A stretch of DNA of 64,000 nt from Leucoraja erinacea (Eukaryota): positions 5,084,001 through 5,148,000 of the forward strand of contig NC_073400.1 in NCBI RefSeq assembly GCF_028641065.1, written 5' to 3'. A program made the translations under genes and the position numbers. Under the pieces are notes generated by a model. The model did not search any database, was not told the DNA's origin, and worked only from the letters and a program-made list of their open reading frames with translations. Of this stretch, positions 12,746 to 26,495 are shown piece by piece. Every line of letters begins with the position of its first letter. Within the stretch, counting starts at the first letter, position 1.

Positions 12746-13989
12746 AAGTTAGGCTACCTAGTTCAATAAATTGGGCGATTCAAAAAACGTCATGACCCGG
12801 AGACAGAGTTAGAGAAACATTGCTTTTCTTAGCTCTTTGCAGGCTCGTTCACATTTTTGGGATATTTCCTCACCATCAATGGTTACTACTGATGTATGAG
12901 AGATGCAAGTCATCTTCTCCATTTTTGTTTTCAACACGAATTTCAGAAACTATTGCAGGTGTGGATCATCCAGTTGTCATTTAATTTCACCCAGGCATTC
13001 CCTCTCAGGAAATAATTCATGCATTTCTTCCCTAACTAGGACTGGGGAGAAGGTCTGGTGTCCTTTCATCACTGTCAATGATGATTCAGATAAAGTCACA
13101 AGACTTGGTGAAGTTTCTGGTCTGTGTGGTTCAGAATGATTTAAAAAAAAAACACTCACCATTTAACACAAGCTCCCTCACAAATGACCAGATAAACAAC
13201 TGCATCTCAGTTATAGTCTTCAGGTTGCAAGTTTACATATACAATGTACAATATACATATGCAAGTATACAACTTCTACTGCGGACCCGGCGTGGACTTA
13301 ACATCACCCCTAAGAGGGGAGCTTCTACCGCCGGCCCTGCGGTCTGCGGTGCTTCTGACTGCGGCGGGGACTTTAAATCTACGACCGCCGGCCTGCGGCC
13401 TACACCAACCTAAAGCCGCGGTCTCCGGTGAGGAAGAGCCGATCCTGGACTGACTCTGGACTCTGGTCCCGACCACGGGGGGAAATGGAGGAGGACTGGC
13501 CAAATTTTGTGCCTTCCACCACAGTGATGAATGCTGTGGTGGATGTTTGTATTAAATTTTTATTGTGCATTGTGTGTTCTTTATCATTGTACCGCTGCTG
13601 ACAAATTCATTTCACTTGCATTTTATGTTCAATGTGGCGAATAAAACTGATTGTATTGTATTGTATATCACATGTTGAAGCAGCGTGCATTCTTCTCCAT
13701 ATCACCCTTTGTCTCATGACACATTTGAGATGCAAGAAATAAAACAGCTTGAGAAAATGACGAATGTAAGTAACTTTACTTGATTCAAAATCAATTTTTA
13801 AAAAATCGCTCCACTTTTTTTTGCGACTGCAATTACCCGTCAAGCAGAGATTTTGCTGATTACAATTTCATTTTGGAGATCTATTGAGTAATCTTCAAGC
13901 TCACCACCACTGTTTTATCTGATGCCCGCTACACCATTTGGATTACGAAATAGCCTCTGTTGATTTTGAAATTCCACTGGCAGTGTACG

Positions 13990-15821
13990 ACTAAAAAATT
14001 GCATTTTAAATTTAATAAAAGCAAAATACAGTACAAAACAATCCATTTTAAGATAAAAAGCAAAGCCTTTTTTGGAGATTAAGAGAAAGGGAGTTATATA
14101 ACAGTTTTTTCATTAAAAAAAAATCTTACCAGCATAAAACTCTGTAAAAATATTGGTGCAGATAATACTAGCCTGCCACTTGTCACATTGACATTGCTTT
14201 ACATTTGATCCTGCGCAAGTTAAAATGAACACCAAATAACTAGTTTATGTTGCAGTAACCTTCCTTAAGTGTCAATTTTGTATTCTCCTTCCCATCCAGG
14301 TATCCATATACTGATGATAAAAAGTAACGCAAATGGCCAATGGATGGAAGACCTGGAACTTAACTTTGCACCAGCCAGTCCAAGACAGAGCATGAACACT
14401 CAAACTCTCCACTTCCTGATACCAGTCAGTGCTTTACTGCTGGTGTGTGTGTGTCTCTCTCTCTCTCCCTCATCAGTAGTTTTCAGGAATGCAGCAGAAC
14501 TTGCTTCATCGCATGTTGCATTTCACTACCAGCACCTTATAAATGAAGCTTTAAAGTGTTATAGTGGACTGAGGCAAGTGGTCTGAAGGACTGAAGAAGT
14601 TGGCCTCTATACTTTGATTGCGTTATCATCCTGTTGGTTTCATCCTTCAACTGGTCAGTAAGGTTTGCTCCTTCAGTTACTGCATTTGAACCATTCCTGC
14701 CTAAACGAGCAAGGTATTATCCCTCTCTGCTGGTGCATTTTCAGCATTGGTTTAAGTTATTGTGTATCAAAAAATGAGGTAAAACAAGTGTGAGAGGAAG
14801 ATCAGAATGTTGAATTGTCCAATTTTCCACTCCTCTGCCTCTCTAATCCGTCTAACCAGAGCAATGTTCCAGTCTGAATTTCCAGTTCCTTGCTGAATGC
14901 AACTCCAGTTAGCCAATATACAGAAAAAGCACATTTCACTTAAAATGTCTTACACGACACGGTTTACATCATGGAACCGTCAATTGATTAAAAAAAGAAT
15001 GTACAATATAATGATTAAAGAGACAAATGATGGAGATTGGTTTAAGCAATTAGATGAGGAAGTAGAGCAGAAGAGAGGAATGACACCAAATGCTGTTGCT
15101 TCAAGCTTTCTTCAGACAAGCAGTACCTTTAAGCAGAGCCACCTTGGCTGATTTCTGAAATTTTGTTTTTAAAAAGGCGCTTGAACACTGCACCATCCTG
15201 CCTTGTTGGTGACAGAATGAGGTGTGGCCTCACAAAAGGTTAAAAACAAAGGGGAGCAAAGAAATACAAGCAGGTGCGGAGCAAGTCTGAGTTGAAATTA
15301 TAAAGCTGCAGTGCTCTGAGAATTATCAGCGGCGCTTTCAAAAACCTTTAACTTCAAAATGAATCCTAATTCTTACTCAGTTGCTGAGCATAGCTATTAT
15401 ATGTTTTCAAGATATTGACTGTTCTGCCAGCCGCACTTCCAAACAGCAACTGCATTTCAAACTACAAACCCAGAGGGGGAGAAATAAGTAGAACTTGACC
15501 CAACACATCAAAATATCCACAGACTTCATAAAAGCAACACCGAACTTCCACATTGATTGTTCATTCAGCCCCAGATCAATTTCTTTGCTTTCTGAAAGAC
15601 ATACAAATTAACTGACTGATATCTTACATATAGCCATTTGGCTGTAACTTGTCGGTCTAGTTCCACTGAATAACATGGTCAAGGTTTCTGAGGTTAGGAA
15701 AAGGAGGGTGGAGGCAGAGCAGGAGCAAGAGAGGTTAACTGGAAATCCTCAAATTTCATGAGACCACACCTTGCGCGGTTTTTTCTGCACATTGACATTA
15801 AGCCTCTTTTACATGTTTGTT
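13990..15821 (-). other. CAPZA1: Probable CAPZA 3' UTR (~1.8 kb)
   Basis: No recognisable transposon sequence, AU-rich stretch after the stop; ATTAAA at 14011-14016 (minus strand) preceded by U-rich/UGUA elements. Confidence 0.55.
14011..14016 (-). terminator. Candidate polyadenylation signal ATTAAA
   Basis: Minus strand reads ...tgtactgtattttgcttttATTAAAtttaaaatgc. Confidence 0.45.
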
Positions 15822-15962
15822 TTAAGCATTCTGCATCTCTTGGCCAATCCTGTAGCTCATGATCTTGTTCCAGTCGACTTTCGTGCGGGTTACTGGCAAG
15901 CTCCTGCGTAAGGCTTTGAAGGTGGTGTCAGACATGGCATTGTAATTTTCACAGATTGCAGT
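15822..15962 (-). CDS. CAPZA1: CAPZA exon 10, coding part (TAICENY...[32 protein letters not shown])
   Basis: 141 nt ending in TAA; ten exons sum to 861 nt = 286 aa; actin-binding residues K256/R260/R266/K268/W271 present. Confidence 0.97.
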   Translation of the reverse strand, partial: TAICENYNAMSDTTFKALRRSLPVTRTKVDWNKIMSYRIGQEMQNA

Positions 15963-16383
15963 CTGAAACAAAATACAACCATTAAAACTCACTGGAATAA
16001 CTTCAATATGAAAATACTTCTGAGGAAGGTGCAAGGAAAATAAAAACTTATTGAGTCCTTCAGAGCAACACTAACATTTTGGCAACATCCATTGCAATTG
16101 GATCTTCTCATTTTAATTTCTAAAGTAAAATTCTACCTGTTGCTTCCTGAACTTGCTCGCACTATAAACATTACAAACTCAATGTTCCTGAAAAGTCTCC
16201 TTCAGCCTTTATCATTCTCCAGGTGAGTTAAACAGATATTGTATCACGTGAGCTCCAATCATTTATGACAGAACTTGCAGCAGAGACCTCATTAACAGGC
16301 TCATTTCACATTCACAATGGATCAATTATTATTGAAACGCTTTTAAGTTTTTCAACAACCCACATACACTGGGGGCTACATAC

Positions 16384-16446
16384 CTGGTAATCACACTCAG
16401 CCGCTTCAATCAGTTTCACAAATTCCTTTGCAGTTTGGGTCTCGTT
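16384..16446 (-). CDS. CAPZA1: CAPZA exon 9 (NETQTAKEFVKLIEAAECDYQ)
   Basis: 63 nt, AG/GT flanks. Confidence 0.95.
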
Positions 16447-16833
16447 CTAAAGATGAAAGAACAAAGAAAAAGTCAGGAGTATTAATTCAGTTTGAACAGC
16501 CTAGCATCAAGCATAAATACACAGCTACTAGATTGCGCACATAACTTACATTGCAGTACTGACATCACACATCGACTTGGGAAATAGCATTATTTCAACT
16601 CCTGATTCATTATGCAAAATCCTGATCCCATTTATCCACCAGAATCACAATTACCGGTGCAGAGTCATCATCCACAACTTAGTCCACAAACCCAGCACCT
16701 ACCTGTTCAACTAGTTACTGCATAGTACAGGGCTTCTCAATCATAAATGGCACTGCATGGTGAAACTTAAACAAAATTGTTCTGATAGCAGTTATGCTTT
16801 TTCCCCCCAATGACAATTTTGGATGGTCATTAA

Positions 16834-17064
16834 ATAGACATAAAATGCTGGAGTAACTCAGCGGGACAGGCAGCATCTCTGGAGAGAAGTAATGGGTGAC
16901 GTTTCGCATCAAGACCGTTCTTTAGATTCCTTTGTCTCAAGAAGAGTCTTGACTCGAAACGTCACCCATTCCTTCTCTCCAGAGATGCTGCCAGTCCCGG
17001 TGAGTTACTCCAGCATTTTGCGTCCATCTTCGGTTTAAACCAGCATCTACAGTTCCTTCCTGCA
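16834..17064. repeat. Inverted pair of Penelope terminal repeats in CAPZA intron 8
   Basis: aaaatgctggagtaactcagcgggacaggcagcatctctggagagaag...reverse complement. Confidence 0.85.
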
Positions 17065-17218
17065 CACATGGTCAATAAATATTATTCTTTCCGGCAATGC
17101 CCACATCCCATGAAAGGATTGGGCAATGAAAGGAAACCTATTGAATCCCAATCAAAGCCAGTAACTTCTTTACATTGTTCTGAGGATCAGTATCTATTTA
17201 AAATCAATTTAGACTTAC

Positions 17219-17290
17219 TGAGATTTGCAAGGATTCTTGGATGTCCTTGTGGCTCATCAACTGAACATTGCCATCTTCATAATAATGAAC
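17219..17290 (-). CDS. CAPZA1: CAPZA exon 8 ([24 protein letters not shown])
   Basis: 72 nt, [10 protein letters not shown] capping-protein alpha signature. Confidence 0.97.
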
Positions 17291-17370
17291 CTTGAAAGAC
17301 ATGACAGGTTTAATATAGTTTGTTCTGTGTATAATGAAATTTGTACAATCATACAAGAAAGGAGGCAGAC

Positions 17371-17449
17371 CTGAATCTTCAGAACTCCAGTGAGCTGAAC
17401 TGATGGTGGGTTAATAGTGAATTTCCATTCTGATCTCCAACGTCCATTC
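17371..17449 (-). CDS. CAPZA1: CAPZA exon 7 ([26 protein letters not shown])
   Basis: 79 nt, NGRWRSEW signature; donor CAG|GTCTGC. Confidence 0.95.
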
Positions 17450-18985
17450 CTTTAAAAAGTGTTTTAAAAACAGGACATAATTTGCAACTAACAATATACT
17501 TGGAACAAACACTTATTTAGTCCAAATCAACACAATAAGATAAAGTTTATAAAGCTGCAGAAAATACAGTATGGGAGTAAACTAGCTAAAAATACAAAAA
17601 CAAACAGTATGAGTGCCTACTGGTATCTAAAAGGGCACATGGAGATGAGACTTGGAAATTAATCATGGGAAGTAGAGAAATAGCAGAGATTCTAATAAAA
17701 AGATTTTCAGCGGGCATTCTTGGTACAAACTTAAAAGTGTCCCAATAATAATGGATATTCAAAGTGCGATGAGGAGGAATTTAAACCAAATCTAAACAAA
17801 TACTATTGAGACACAAGGAACTGCAGATGTTGGAATCTCGAACACAACACAAAGTGCTGAAGGAACTCAGCAGGTCAGGCAAACATATAGTGAAAATGGA
17901 CAGGTGACAATTCGGGTTAGGACTCTAGATAAATTAATGTGGCTAAAGGCTAATGTCCATTGGATCTGATGACCTGCATCCTCGGGTCTGAAGGGAAGTG
18001 GTTGCCGAGATATAATGGTTGCAATCTGCCAACAGCTCCTGGATTTTGCATAGGTCCCAAAGAATTAGAATACCACAACGTTTAGTTCAGTTTATTACTG
18101 TCACATGTACAGTCTTTTCTTTGACTGAGTAGCATGCAATAAAAAACTTTTCACCGTACATGCAATGATACTGCTTGACTTCGCTTTGCAGCCAGTTGTG
18201 GTATTCAGGCCTTGCCACAATCGGCAGGTGTCCAAATGATTATGCTGGGACACAAGTTTGGATTCAAGGTAATACCACCATTCAGGAAAGAAGGAAGACA
18301 GAGAACAGGAAACTATAGGCCAGCTGGCCTAACATCTGTGGTTAGGAAATTTCTAGAATATATTATTGAGGTTATTTTGTCTTACAGCGTCAGAGACCCG
18401 GGTTTGATCCTGACTACGGGTGCAGTCTGTACAGAGTTTGTATGTTCTCCCTTGCCAGTTTTGACCCCGAGGGTTTTCTCTGGGTGCTCCAGTTTCCTCC
18501 CACACTCCAAAGATGTACAGGTTTGTAGGTTAATTGGCTTCTGTAAATTGTAAATCATCCCTAGTGTGTAGGATAGTGCTAGTGTATGGGGTGAGCGCTG
18601 GTCAGCACAGACACAGTGGGCCAAAGGGCCCGTTTTTACGCTGTATCTCTAAAGTCTAAAGATTATAACAGCATATTTAGAAATTATAGGACAATCAAGC
18701 AGAATCAACATGAATTTAGAAAAGAGAAGTGGAATTTGATAAATGTGCTTTTTATTATTTTATGATGTAACAAACAGTGAATAAGGGAAAACCAAGTGTT
18801 TGGATTTCCAGAAAGAATTATTTTAGCTGCTGCATAACTAGTAACTGCATAAGAGCACATGATGATGGGGGTAATGTATTCGCATTTACTCCTGTTTTTC
18901 ATGTTCTGAAGCAAACCCGAAACCTGATAGTTGTTCTATAACGTTTTTGCACAGACTGGCCTGCACCTTGTCCCTCCAAGTCCTG

Positions 18986-20262
18986 CAGTGGCCTCCACAA
19001 TGTTTGGGACAAAGACCCATCATTTATTTATTTGCCTCTGTACTCCACAATTTGAGATTTTTAATAGAAAAAGAATCATGTGTGGTTAAAGTGCACATTG
19101 TCAGATTTTATTAAACGGTATTTTTTATAGATTTTGGTTTCACCATGTAGAAATTACAGCTGTGTTTATACATAGTCCCCCCATTTCTGGGCACCATAAT
19201 GTTTGGGACACATGGCTTCACATGTGTTTGTAATTGCTCTTATTTGTTTAAATGCCTCCTTAATGCAGGTATAAGAGAGCTCTCAGCACCTAGTCTTTCC
19301 TCCAGTCATTCCATCACCTTTGGAAAGTTTTATTGCTGTTTATCAACATGAGGACCAAAGTTGTGCCAATGAAAGCCAAAGAAGCCATTATGAGACTGAG
19401 AAACACGAATAAAACTGTTAAGAGACATGGCCAAACCTTAGGCTTACCAAAATCAACTGTTTGGAACATCATGAACAAGAAAGAGCACTGGTGAGCTTAC
19501 TAATCGCAAAGCGCCTGTCAGGCCAAGGAAGACCTCCACAGCTGATGACAGAAGAATTCTCTCTATAACAATACAGAAAAATCCCCAAACACCTGTCCGA
19601 CAGATCAGAAACACTCTTCAGGAGTCACGTGTTGATGTGTCAATGACTACTGTCTGCGGAAGATTTCAAGAACAGAAATACAGAGGCTACAGTGCAAGAT
19701 GCAAACCACTGGTTAGCCGCAAAAATAGGATGACCAGGTTATAGTTTGCCAGGAAGTACTTAAAAGAGCAACCACAGTTCTGGAAAAAAAGCTCTTGTGG
19801 GCAGATGAGGCGAAGATTAACATATCAGAGTGATGGCAAGAGCAAAGTATGGAGGAGAGAAGGAACTGCCCAAGATCCAAAGCATACCACCTCATCTACA
19901 GAACACAGTGGTGGGGGTGTTATGGCCTCGGCATGTATGGCTGCTGAAGCTACTGGCTCACTTATCTTCATTGATGATACAACTGCTGATGTTAGAAACA
20001 TAATGGATTCAGAAGTGTATAGATACATCCTATCTGCTCAAGTTCAAACAAATGCCTCAAAATACATACACCGGCGGTTCATTCTACAGCAAGACAATAA
20101 TCCCAAACATACTACTAAAGCAACAAAGGAGTTCAAGCAGTCATTGCATGCAAAGGATATGCAACAGAATACTAAACATAACTACTTTCATTTACATGAC
20201 ATTGTTGTGTCCCAAACATTATGGTGCCCTGAAATGGAGGGACCATGTATAAACACTGCTGC
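18986..20262 (+). mobile_element. Tc1/mariner element (IR/DR type), degraded and internally deleted
   Basis: Left TIR CAGTGGCCTCCACAATGTTTGGGACA with inner repeat at ~19195-19210; transposase remnants HSGGGVMASACMAA and FILQQDNNPKHT; inner half of right TIR at ~20207-20262. Confidence 0.9.
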
Positions 20263-20961
20263 ATTGCCAGGAGGTGGTGGAGACTGCTACGATGGTGGTG
20301 TTTAAGAGACCTTTAGATAGATACATGGAAATTCAGGGAAAAGAGGGATATGGATCATGTGCAGGCAGATGAGATAATCTCGGCGAGGCATCATGTTCGA
20401 CACAAACATTGTGGACTAAAGGGTCTGTTCTGGTGCTGTACTGTTGTGTCCTCTGTTGATACTGGATCAGTGATAGGGCTAGCTAATCATAAAGCAAGTA
20501 TTCAAGAAGAGACCTCTCTCTGCAGAAGCAATCACAGTGGTTGGCAGCTTCAGATTCCTGAACTTTAACATCTCACATGACCTGACCTGGGCCCAGCACA
20601 TAGGTATAATCACAAAGAAGGCATGCCACAACCTCTAGTTTAAAAAGATTTGACACCTGTAGTAAGTATCCTCAAGTAACATGTCAATGAAGCAACTGTT
20701 CCAATAGAATTTAAATCCACGCTTTTGTTCATTGCCATAGTCTATGTGAGAGGCTGCTATAAAAAAATTGTCATTTGTACCTGTGCCTTATTGTACTTGT
20801 GCATAGAAAACAAGACAAGGTAAAGGGATCATTAGGAATGCTCTATACTGAATTGGAACATTTGCTCAATTATCATGTTACTTAACGCAGAGGCTGAAGT
20901 TCAGAGATTGGCATTAGACATTGGAACTTTATTTATTAACAGTTAAAAAAAAAAAACTTAC

Positions 20962-21041
20962 CAAAAATTATTTGGCTGAAACTGATGATTTTCGATGCAA
21001 GCTATAATAGTTTGCTGGCCATTAATTGTCTTACCATATAT
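20962..21041 (-). CDS. CAPZA1: CAPZA exon 6 (IYGKTINGQQTIIACIENHQFQPNNF)
   Basis: 80 nt, AG/GT flanks. Confidence 0.95.
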
Positions 21042-21253
21042 CTACAAAACAAAATAACAAGTCAGAAAAAAGACCATCAAGCTTCTGTGCAATAGCAATC
21101 ATCTTTTAATCAGTTTCTAGTGTTTGTGTGTGCACTGTGTACTGTGTGTGCATTGGCTGCCACTTTCATGGAGTCAGAGTTATACAGCAAGGAAACATGC
21201 CATTAATCCCAACTTGCCCATGTCAGGTTCCTTCTTGAGACTGATTGTATGTG

Positions 21254-21295
<42 letters not shown>

Positions 21296-21899
21296 GGAGA
21301 CTGGGACAGCGGCCTCCCTTCTCTCTGTCCTAGCTTTCTATCTCCTAATCCAAACAGTCTGGAGAAAGTCACGACCCAAAACGTCACCCATTCCTTCTCT
21401 CCAGAGATGATGCCTGACGCACTGAGATACTCCAGCACTTTGTGTTTATCTTTAGGATTACATTAGTGTCTGTATGCATAAATTGGCTGATGTGTTTCTT
21501 ATATTACAATGGTGACTGCTCTGCCTCACAGCGCCAGAGACCCAGGTTTGATCCTGACCTCAGGTGTTGTCTTTGTGGCATTTGCGCCTTCTTCCTGTGA
21601 GCACGTGGGTGTTCTCCAGATGTCCAGTTTTCCTCTCAAGCATGATTGTAGGTCAGTGTGGACTCAGTGTGCAGAAGGGCCTGTTTCCATCCCTAAACTA
21701 AACAGCAGTGAGGACTTTTTCCAAAATCAGCACGTTGGGTGGACTGCCTTCGCTTCTGTGATATATTTAGTGATTTTTACCATGAGAGTATAAATGTCAT
21801 CCTTGTTAAACATCTTGTCAATGGAAATGCCTGATGAAAGCAACCATTGATATCCTACTTAATTGCAAACATTGCCCACATTTATATTTGTTTTAATGG

Positions 21900-23540
21900 C
21901 CAGAGGATCTGGGGTGACAGAGGAAGGAAATCCACAATAGGCAGGAAATGGTGCTGGATAGACTGATGGGACTGAAGGCTGATAAATCCCCAGGGCCTGA
22001 TGGTCTGCATCCCAGGGTACTTAAGGAAGTGACTCTAGAAATTGTGGATGCATTGGTGATAATTTTCCAATGTTCTATAGACTCAGGATCAGTTCCTGGG
22101 GATTGGAGGGTAGCTAATGTTATCCCACTTTTTAAGAAAGGCGGGAGAGAGAGAAAACGGGGAATTATAGACCAGTTAGCCTGACATCGGTGGTGGGGAA
22201 GATGCTGGAGTCAATTATAAAAGATGAGATAGCCGCACATTTGGATAGCAGTAACAGGATCGGTCTGAGTCAGCATGGATTTACGAAGGGGAAATCTGGA
22301 ATTCTGGAATTTTTTGAAGATGTAACTAGGAAAATGGACAAGGGAGAGCCAGTGGATGTAGCATACCTGGACTTTCAGAAAGCATTTGATAAGGTCCCAC
22401 ATAGGAGATTAGTGGGCAAAATTAGGGCACATGGTATTGGGGATAGAGTGCTGACATGGATAGAGAAGTGGTTGGCAGACAGGAAACAAAGAGTAAGGAT
22501 TAACGGGTCCCTTTCAGAATGGCAGGCAGTGACTAGTGGGGTACCACAAGACTCGGTGCTGGGACCGCAGCTATTTACAATATACATCAATGACTTGGAT
22601 GAAGGGATTCAAAGTAACATTAACAAATTTGCAGATAACACAAAGCTGGGTGGCAGTGTGAACTGTGAGGAGGATGCTATGAGAATGCAGGGTGACTTGG
22701 ACAGGTTCAGGGAGTGGGCAGATGAAGTTTAATGTGGATAAATGTGAGGTTATCCACTTTGGTAGCAAAAACAGGAAGGCAGATTACTATCTAAATGGTG
22801 TCAAGTTGGGAAAAGGAGAAGTACAATGGAATCTGGGGGTCCTTGTACATCAGTCTATGAAAGTAAGCATGCAGGTACAGCAGGCAGTGAAGAAAGCAAA
22901 TGGCATGTTGGCCTTTATAACAAGAGGAATCAAATATAGGAGCATAGAGGTCCCTCTGCAGTTGTACAGAGCCCTAGTGAGACCACACCTGGAGTATTGT
23001 GTGCAGTTTCAGTCCCCTAATTTGAGGAAGGACATTCTTGCTATTGAGGGAGTACAGCGTAGGTTTACAAGGTTAATTCCCGGGATGGCGGGACTGTAAT
23101 ATGCTGAGAGAATGGAGCAGCTGGGCTTGTACACTCTGGAGTTTAGAAGGATGAGAGGGCATATCATTGAAACATAAGATTGTTCAGGGCTTGGACACGC
23201 TAGAGGCAGGAAACATGTTCCCGGTGTTGGGGGAGTCCAGAACCAGGGATAAGAACAGTTTAAGAATAAGGAGTAAGCCATTTAGAACGGAGGCGAGGAA
23301 ACACTTTTTTTCACAGAGAGTGGTGCGTCTGTGGAATTCTCTGCCTCAGTGGAGGCAGGTTCTCTGGATGCTTTCAAGAGAGAGCTAGATAGCGCTCTTA
23401 AAAATAGCGGAGTCAGAGGATATGGGGAGAAGGCAGGAATGGGGTAATTATTGGGGATGATCAGCCATGATCACATTGATTGGCGGTGCTGGCTCGAATG
23501 GCCAAATGGCCTGCTCCTGCACCAATTATCTATTGTCTAA
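21900..23540 (+). mobile_element. CR1 LINE, RT region to 3' end (young, frameshifted)
   Basis: KSPGPDGLHP, YLDFQKAFDKVPH, SGVPQDSVLGP, KFADNTKLGG. Confidence 0.95.
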
Positions 23541-23823
23541 TCCTTATTCTCCTTAGTTTCAACTTCACATGTTTTGATATTGAAAGAGTGTAAATTTTTC
23601 AATTGAGAGATTCGATATTGTCATGCCCATTCTTAATTTCATATGCATACATACAGCAGGTCAATGACTATTAGTAGGAAATCTACAGCAAGGTTTTGCC
23701 CCACATAAAGATAATCAATGCTATGACGTATTAACCCGCAGTCGTAAACTCTGCTTGAAACAAAGAGAGGTTTCCACCAAATGTTCAGTCACACAAATTG
23801 CGTTCTATATTCATAAACTTAAC

Positions 23824-24030
23824 TGTGCAGATGCCACAGGGATAGTGGTTTTTAATGTAGGCTCGCAGTGCGTTATCACAGGCACTCCGCCACGGTTCTA
23901 TCGCAGTCTCGCCTGTCGTGGGTTGAATATCACTGCTTTCTTTCCTCACATGATCAAATTTGAAGGAGACTTGGTTCTTTGGGTCTAGGAATCTTCCATT
24001 ACCCAAATCACCATGTTCTGTAATCAGGAC
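23824..24030 (-). CDS. CAPZA1: CAPZA exon 5 ([19 protein letters not shown]...HYPCGICT)
   Basis: 207 nt; overlaps ORF 23785..24006; donor ACA|GTTAAG. Confidence 0.95.
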
Positions 24031-24086
24031 CTAGGGACAAAAAAAAACCCCATACTTTAATACTCCCAACTTTTAAGGAACAACAC

Positions 24087-24335
24087 GTCACGGTGGCACA
24101 GCGGTAGTTGCTGCCTTACAGCGAATGCAGCGTCAGAGACCCGGGGTCCGATCCCGACTACAGGTGCTGTCTGTACAGGAGTTTGTACGTTCTCCCCGAT
24201 CTTCGGTTTCCTCCCACACTCCCAAGACATACGGGTTTGTAGGTTAATTGGTCTGGTAAATGTAAAAATTGTCCCTGGTGGGTGTCGGGTAGTGATGATG
24301 TGTGGACACGGTGGGCCGAAGGGTCTATCTCTAAA
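24087..24335 (+). mobile_element. tRNA-derived V-SINE (HE1-like)
   Basis: A-box ggtggcacagcggta, B-box-like gtccgatcc, V-domain ggagtttgtacgttctcccc...ttcctcccacactcc; further copies at ~18380-18660, 21505-21700, 25038-25332, 48035-48295 (+) and 28060-28200 (-). Confidence 0.85.
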
Positions 24336-26094
24336 CAATACAAGCATTTGTATTTACATGCACTGCTTATATATAAAAAATATTTCCGTACAAGCTTATT
24401 AAAATTCATATGTTCAAAATCAGTATAAATGTTTGGGTTTTGCTAAATGGCACCATATTTTAACATTGTGTAGTGCTCACTAAGTGAAGTATGCGCAGAT
24501 TGTGGATTATTGGTAACTTGTTTTACAGCCAGGTATCTGATATAAATGAAAACTCATCACTATATTTTAAATCTATCCACAACCACCTATGTAATTCATG
24601 CTTACAGAGTGCAGCCAAGGAGAGCAATCATTCTCCCAGTGCAATCCCACTATGACTTTCAGATGCCAGATTGAACTTTAATGAGCTAGAACTGAATAGT
24701 TCACCAGATCTCCTTATGTGTTCGACACAGCTACTTTGGAGCATAGAACAGTAAGCATAAGGCCAGGTCCTCGGCCCACAATGCCTGTGCCAAACATGTT
24801 GCCAAGGCCATCTTATCTGCCTGCACATAATACATATCCCTCCATGCCCTACATATCCATATGCCTATCTAAAAGTCTCTCAAATGCCACTATTGTATCT
24901 GCCTCAACCACCATCCACAGCAGCATGTTCCAGGCAATCACCACTCTCATTGTACAACAACTTGCCCCACCTTTCATCTTAAAGTTATGCCCTCTTGTAT
25001 TTGGTTTTTCCATCCTGGGAAACTGTTCATCCCATCTACGGTGGTGCTGCGGTAGAGTTGCTGCATTATCGCGCTTGCAGCACCGGAGACCCCGGTTCGA
25101 TCCCGACTACAGGTGCTGTCTGTATGGAGTTTGTATGGTCTCTCCATGGGTTTTCACCGAGATCTTCAGTTTCCTCCCACACTCCAAAGACATACAGGTA
25201 TGCAGGTTAATTGGCTTGGTGTATGTGTATATTGTCCCTAGTGTGTGTAGGGTAGTGTTAATGTGTGGGGATCGCTGGTCGGTGCCGACTCGGTCTTTAT
25301 CGGCACTTTATCTCTAAATTAAAAACTAAACTATGCCTCTCATAATCTTATATACTACTTCCACTATACCTCTTTCCACTCTATTACTGGGTAAGGACTC
25401 CTTTCCGTTCTCTCAATTTCTCCGTCTCCATCACATTCCCCAGAGCACTTCTGAAATGTCTCTCTACCTGAATAGTAGCTCCCACTCTCCAACAATGGAT
25501 GGAGCCCTTGATCTCACCTCATCTATTTGTTGAAATTCTTCCCTCACCCCCTCTCCTGGATAAAGTGAGTTCCACAGGATTCTTTCAATATTTTACAGGG
25601 AATGATCCTCTTAATTCCTAAATACCAACCACCCCCCCCAACGTCTTATGCAGGACTTGCAGCAAGGGTCCTTTTATTCCTTCCCTTTCAGGGACCTAAA
25701 CAAGCGTTCAGGTGAAGCAGTGAATGACTTGCACATTTTCCAATCAAGTGTATTGCATAGAGTGTTTACAAATGCCTCCTCTACAAGCACAGATTTAGCA
25801 ATAGCTTTGCAAAGAGCTTGTATTTAGTCCACAGGAATAACTGATTGCCTGCCTGCCACTTTAAGTCAACTCTCTCTTCAACATTTCTATGTTAGGCCTC
25901 CTGATCTGTTAAACCAAGATACAACACATTCTTAAGGAACAACACCTCATCTTCTGGCTAAGCATGTTGCAATCTTCTGAACTAGATATCAAATTCTTCA
26001 CTCTTCCGTTCTATCTGCATCAGAACTGACCATTTCTGTCTGATGTAGAGTCTGGGCTGTTGGACATGTCCCACTGCCGCATCATTTTCCATAT

Positions 26095-26495
26095 ATAGAA
26101 ACATAGAAAACAGGAGTAGGCCATTCGGCCCTTCGAACCTGCACCGCCATTCAATATGATCATGGCTGATCATCCAACTCAGTATCCCATCCCTGCCTTC
26201 TCTCCATACCCCCTGATCCCTTTAGCCACAAGGGCCACATCTAAATATAGCCAATGAACTGGCCTCAACTACCTTCTGTGGCAGAGAATTCCACAGATTC
26301 ACCACTCTCTGTGTAAAAAATGATTTTCTCATCTCGGTCCTAAAAGACTTCCCTCTTATCCTTAAAGTGTGACCCCTAGTTCTGGACTTCCCCAACATCG
26401 GGAATAATCTTCCTGCATCTAGCCTGTCCAACCCCTTAAGAATTTTGTAAGTTTCTATAAGATCCCCCCTCAATCTTCTAAATTCTAGCGTGTAC
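26095..26495 (-). mobile_element. CR1 LINE 3' fragment
   Basis: LEFRRLRGDLIETYK; near-identical to 51515-51892. Confidence 0.9.

Noticed and set aside
21256-21292. Long poly-G run (and several poly-C runs elsewhere) as G-quadruplex elements
   Set aside because: They lie within transposon linker regions, and homopolymer length is unreliable in assemblies.
21948-23388. RT-like ORFs as a functional gene
   Set aside because: 5'-truncated CR1 with frameshifts and an altered catalytic motif (FADN instead of FADD).
24087-24165. tRNA-like A/B boxes
   Set aside because: These are the heads of V-SINE copies; no complete cloverleaf.
26095-26472. Near-identity with 51515-51892 suggesting a segmental duplication
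   Set aside because: Similarity is confined to the CR1 3' end; these are independent insertions of a young subfamily.
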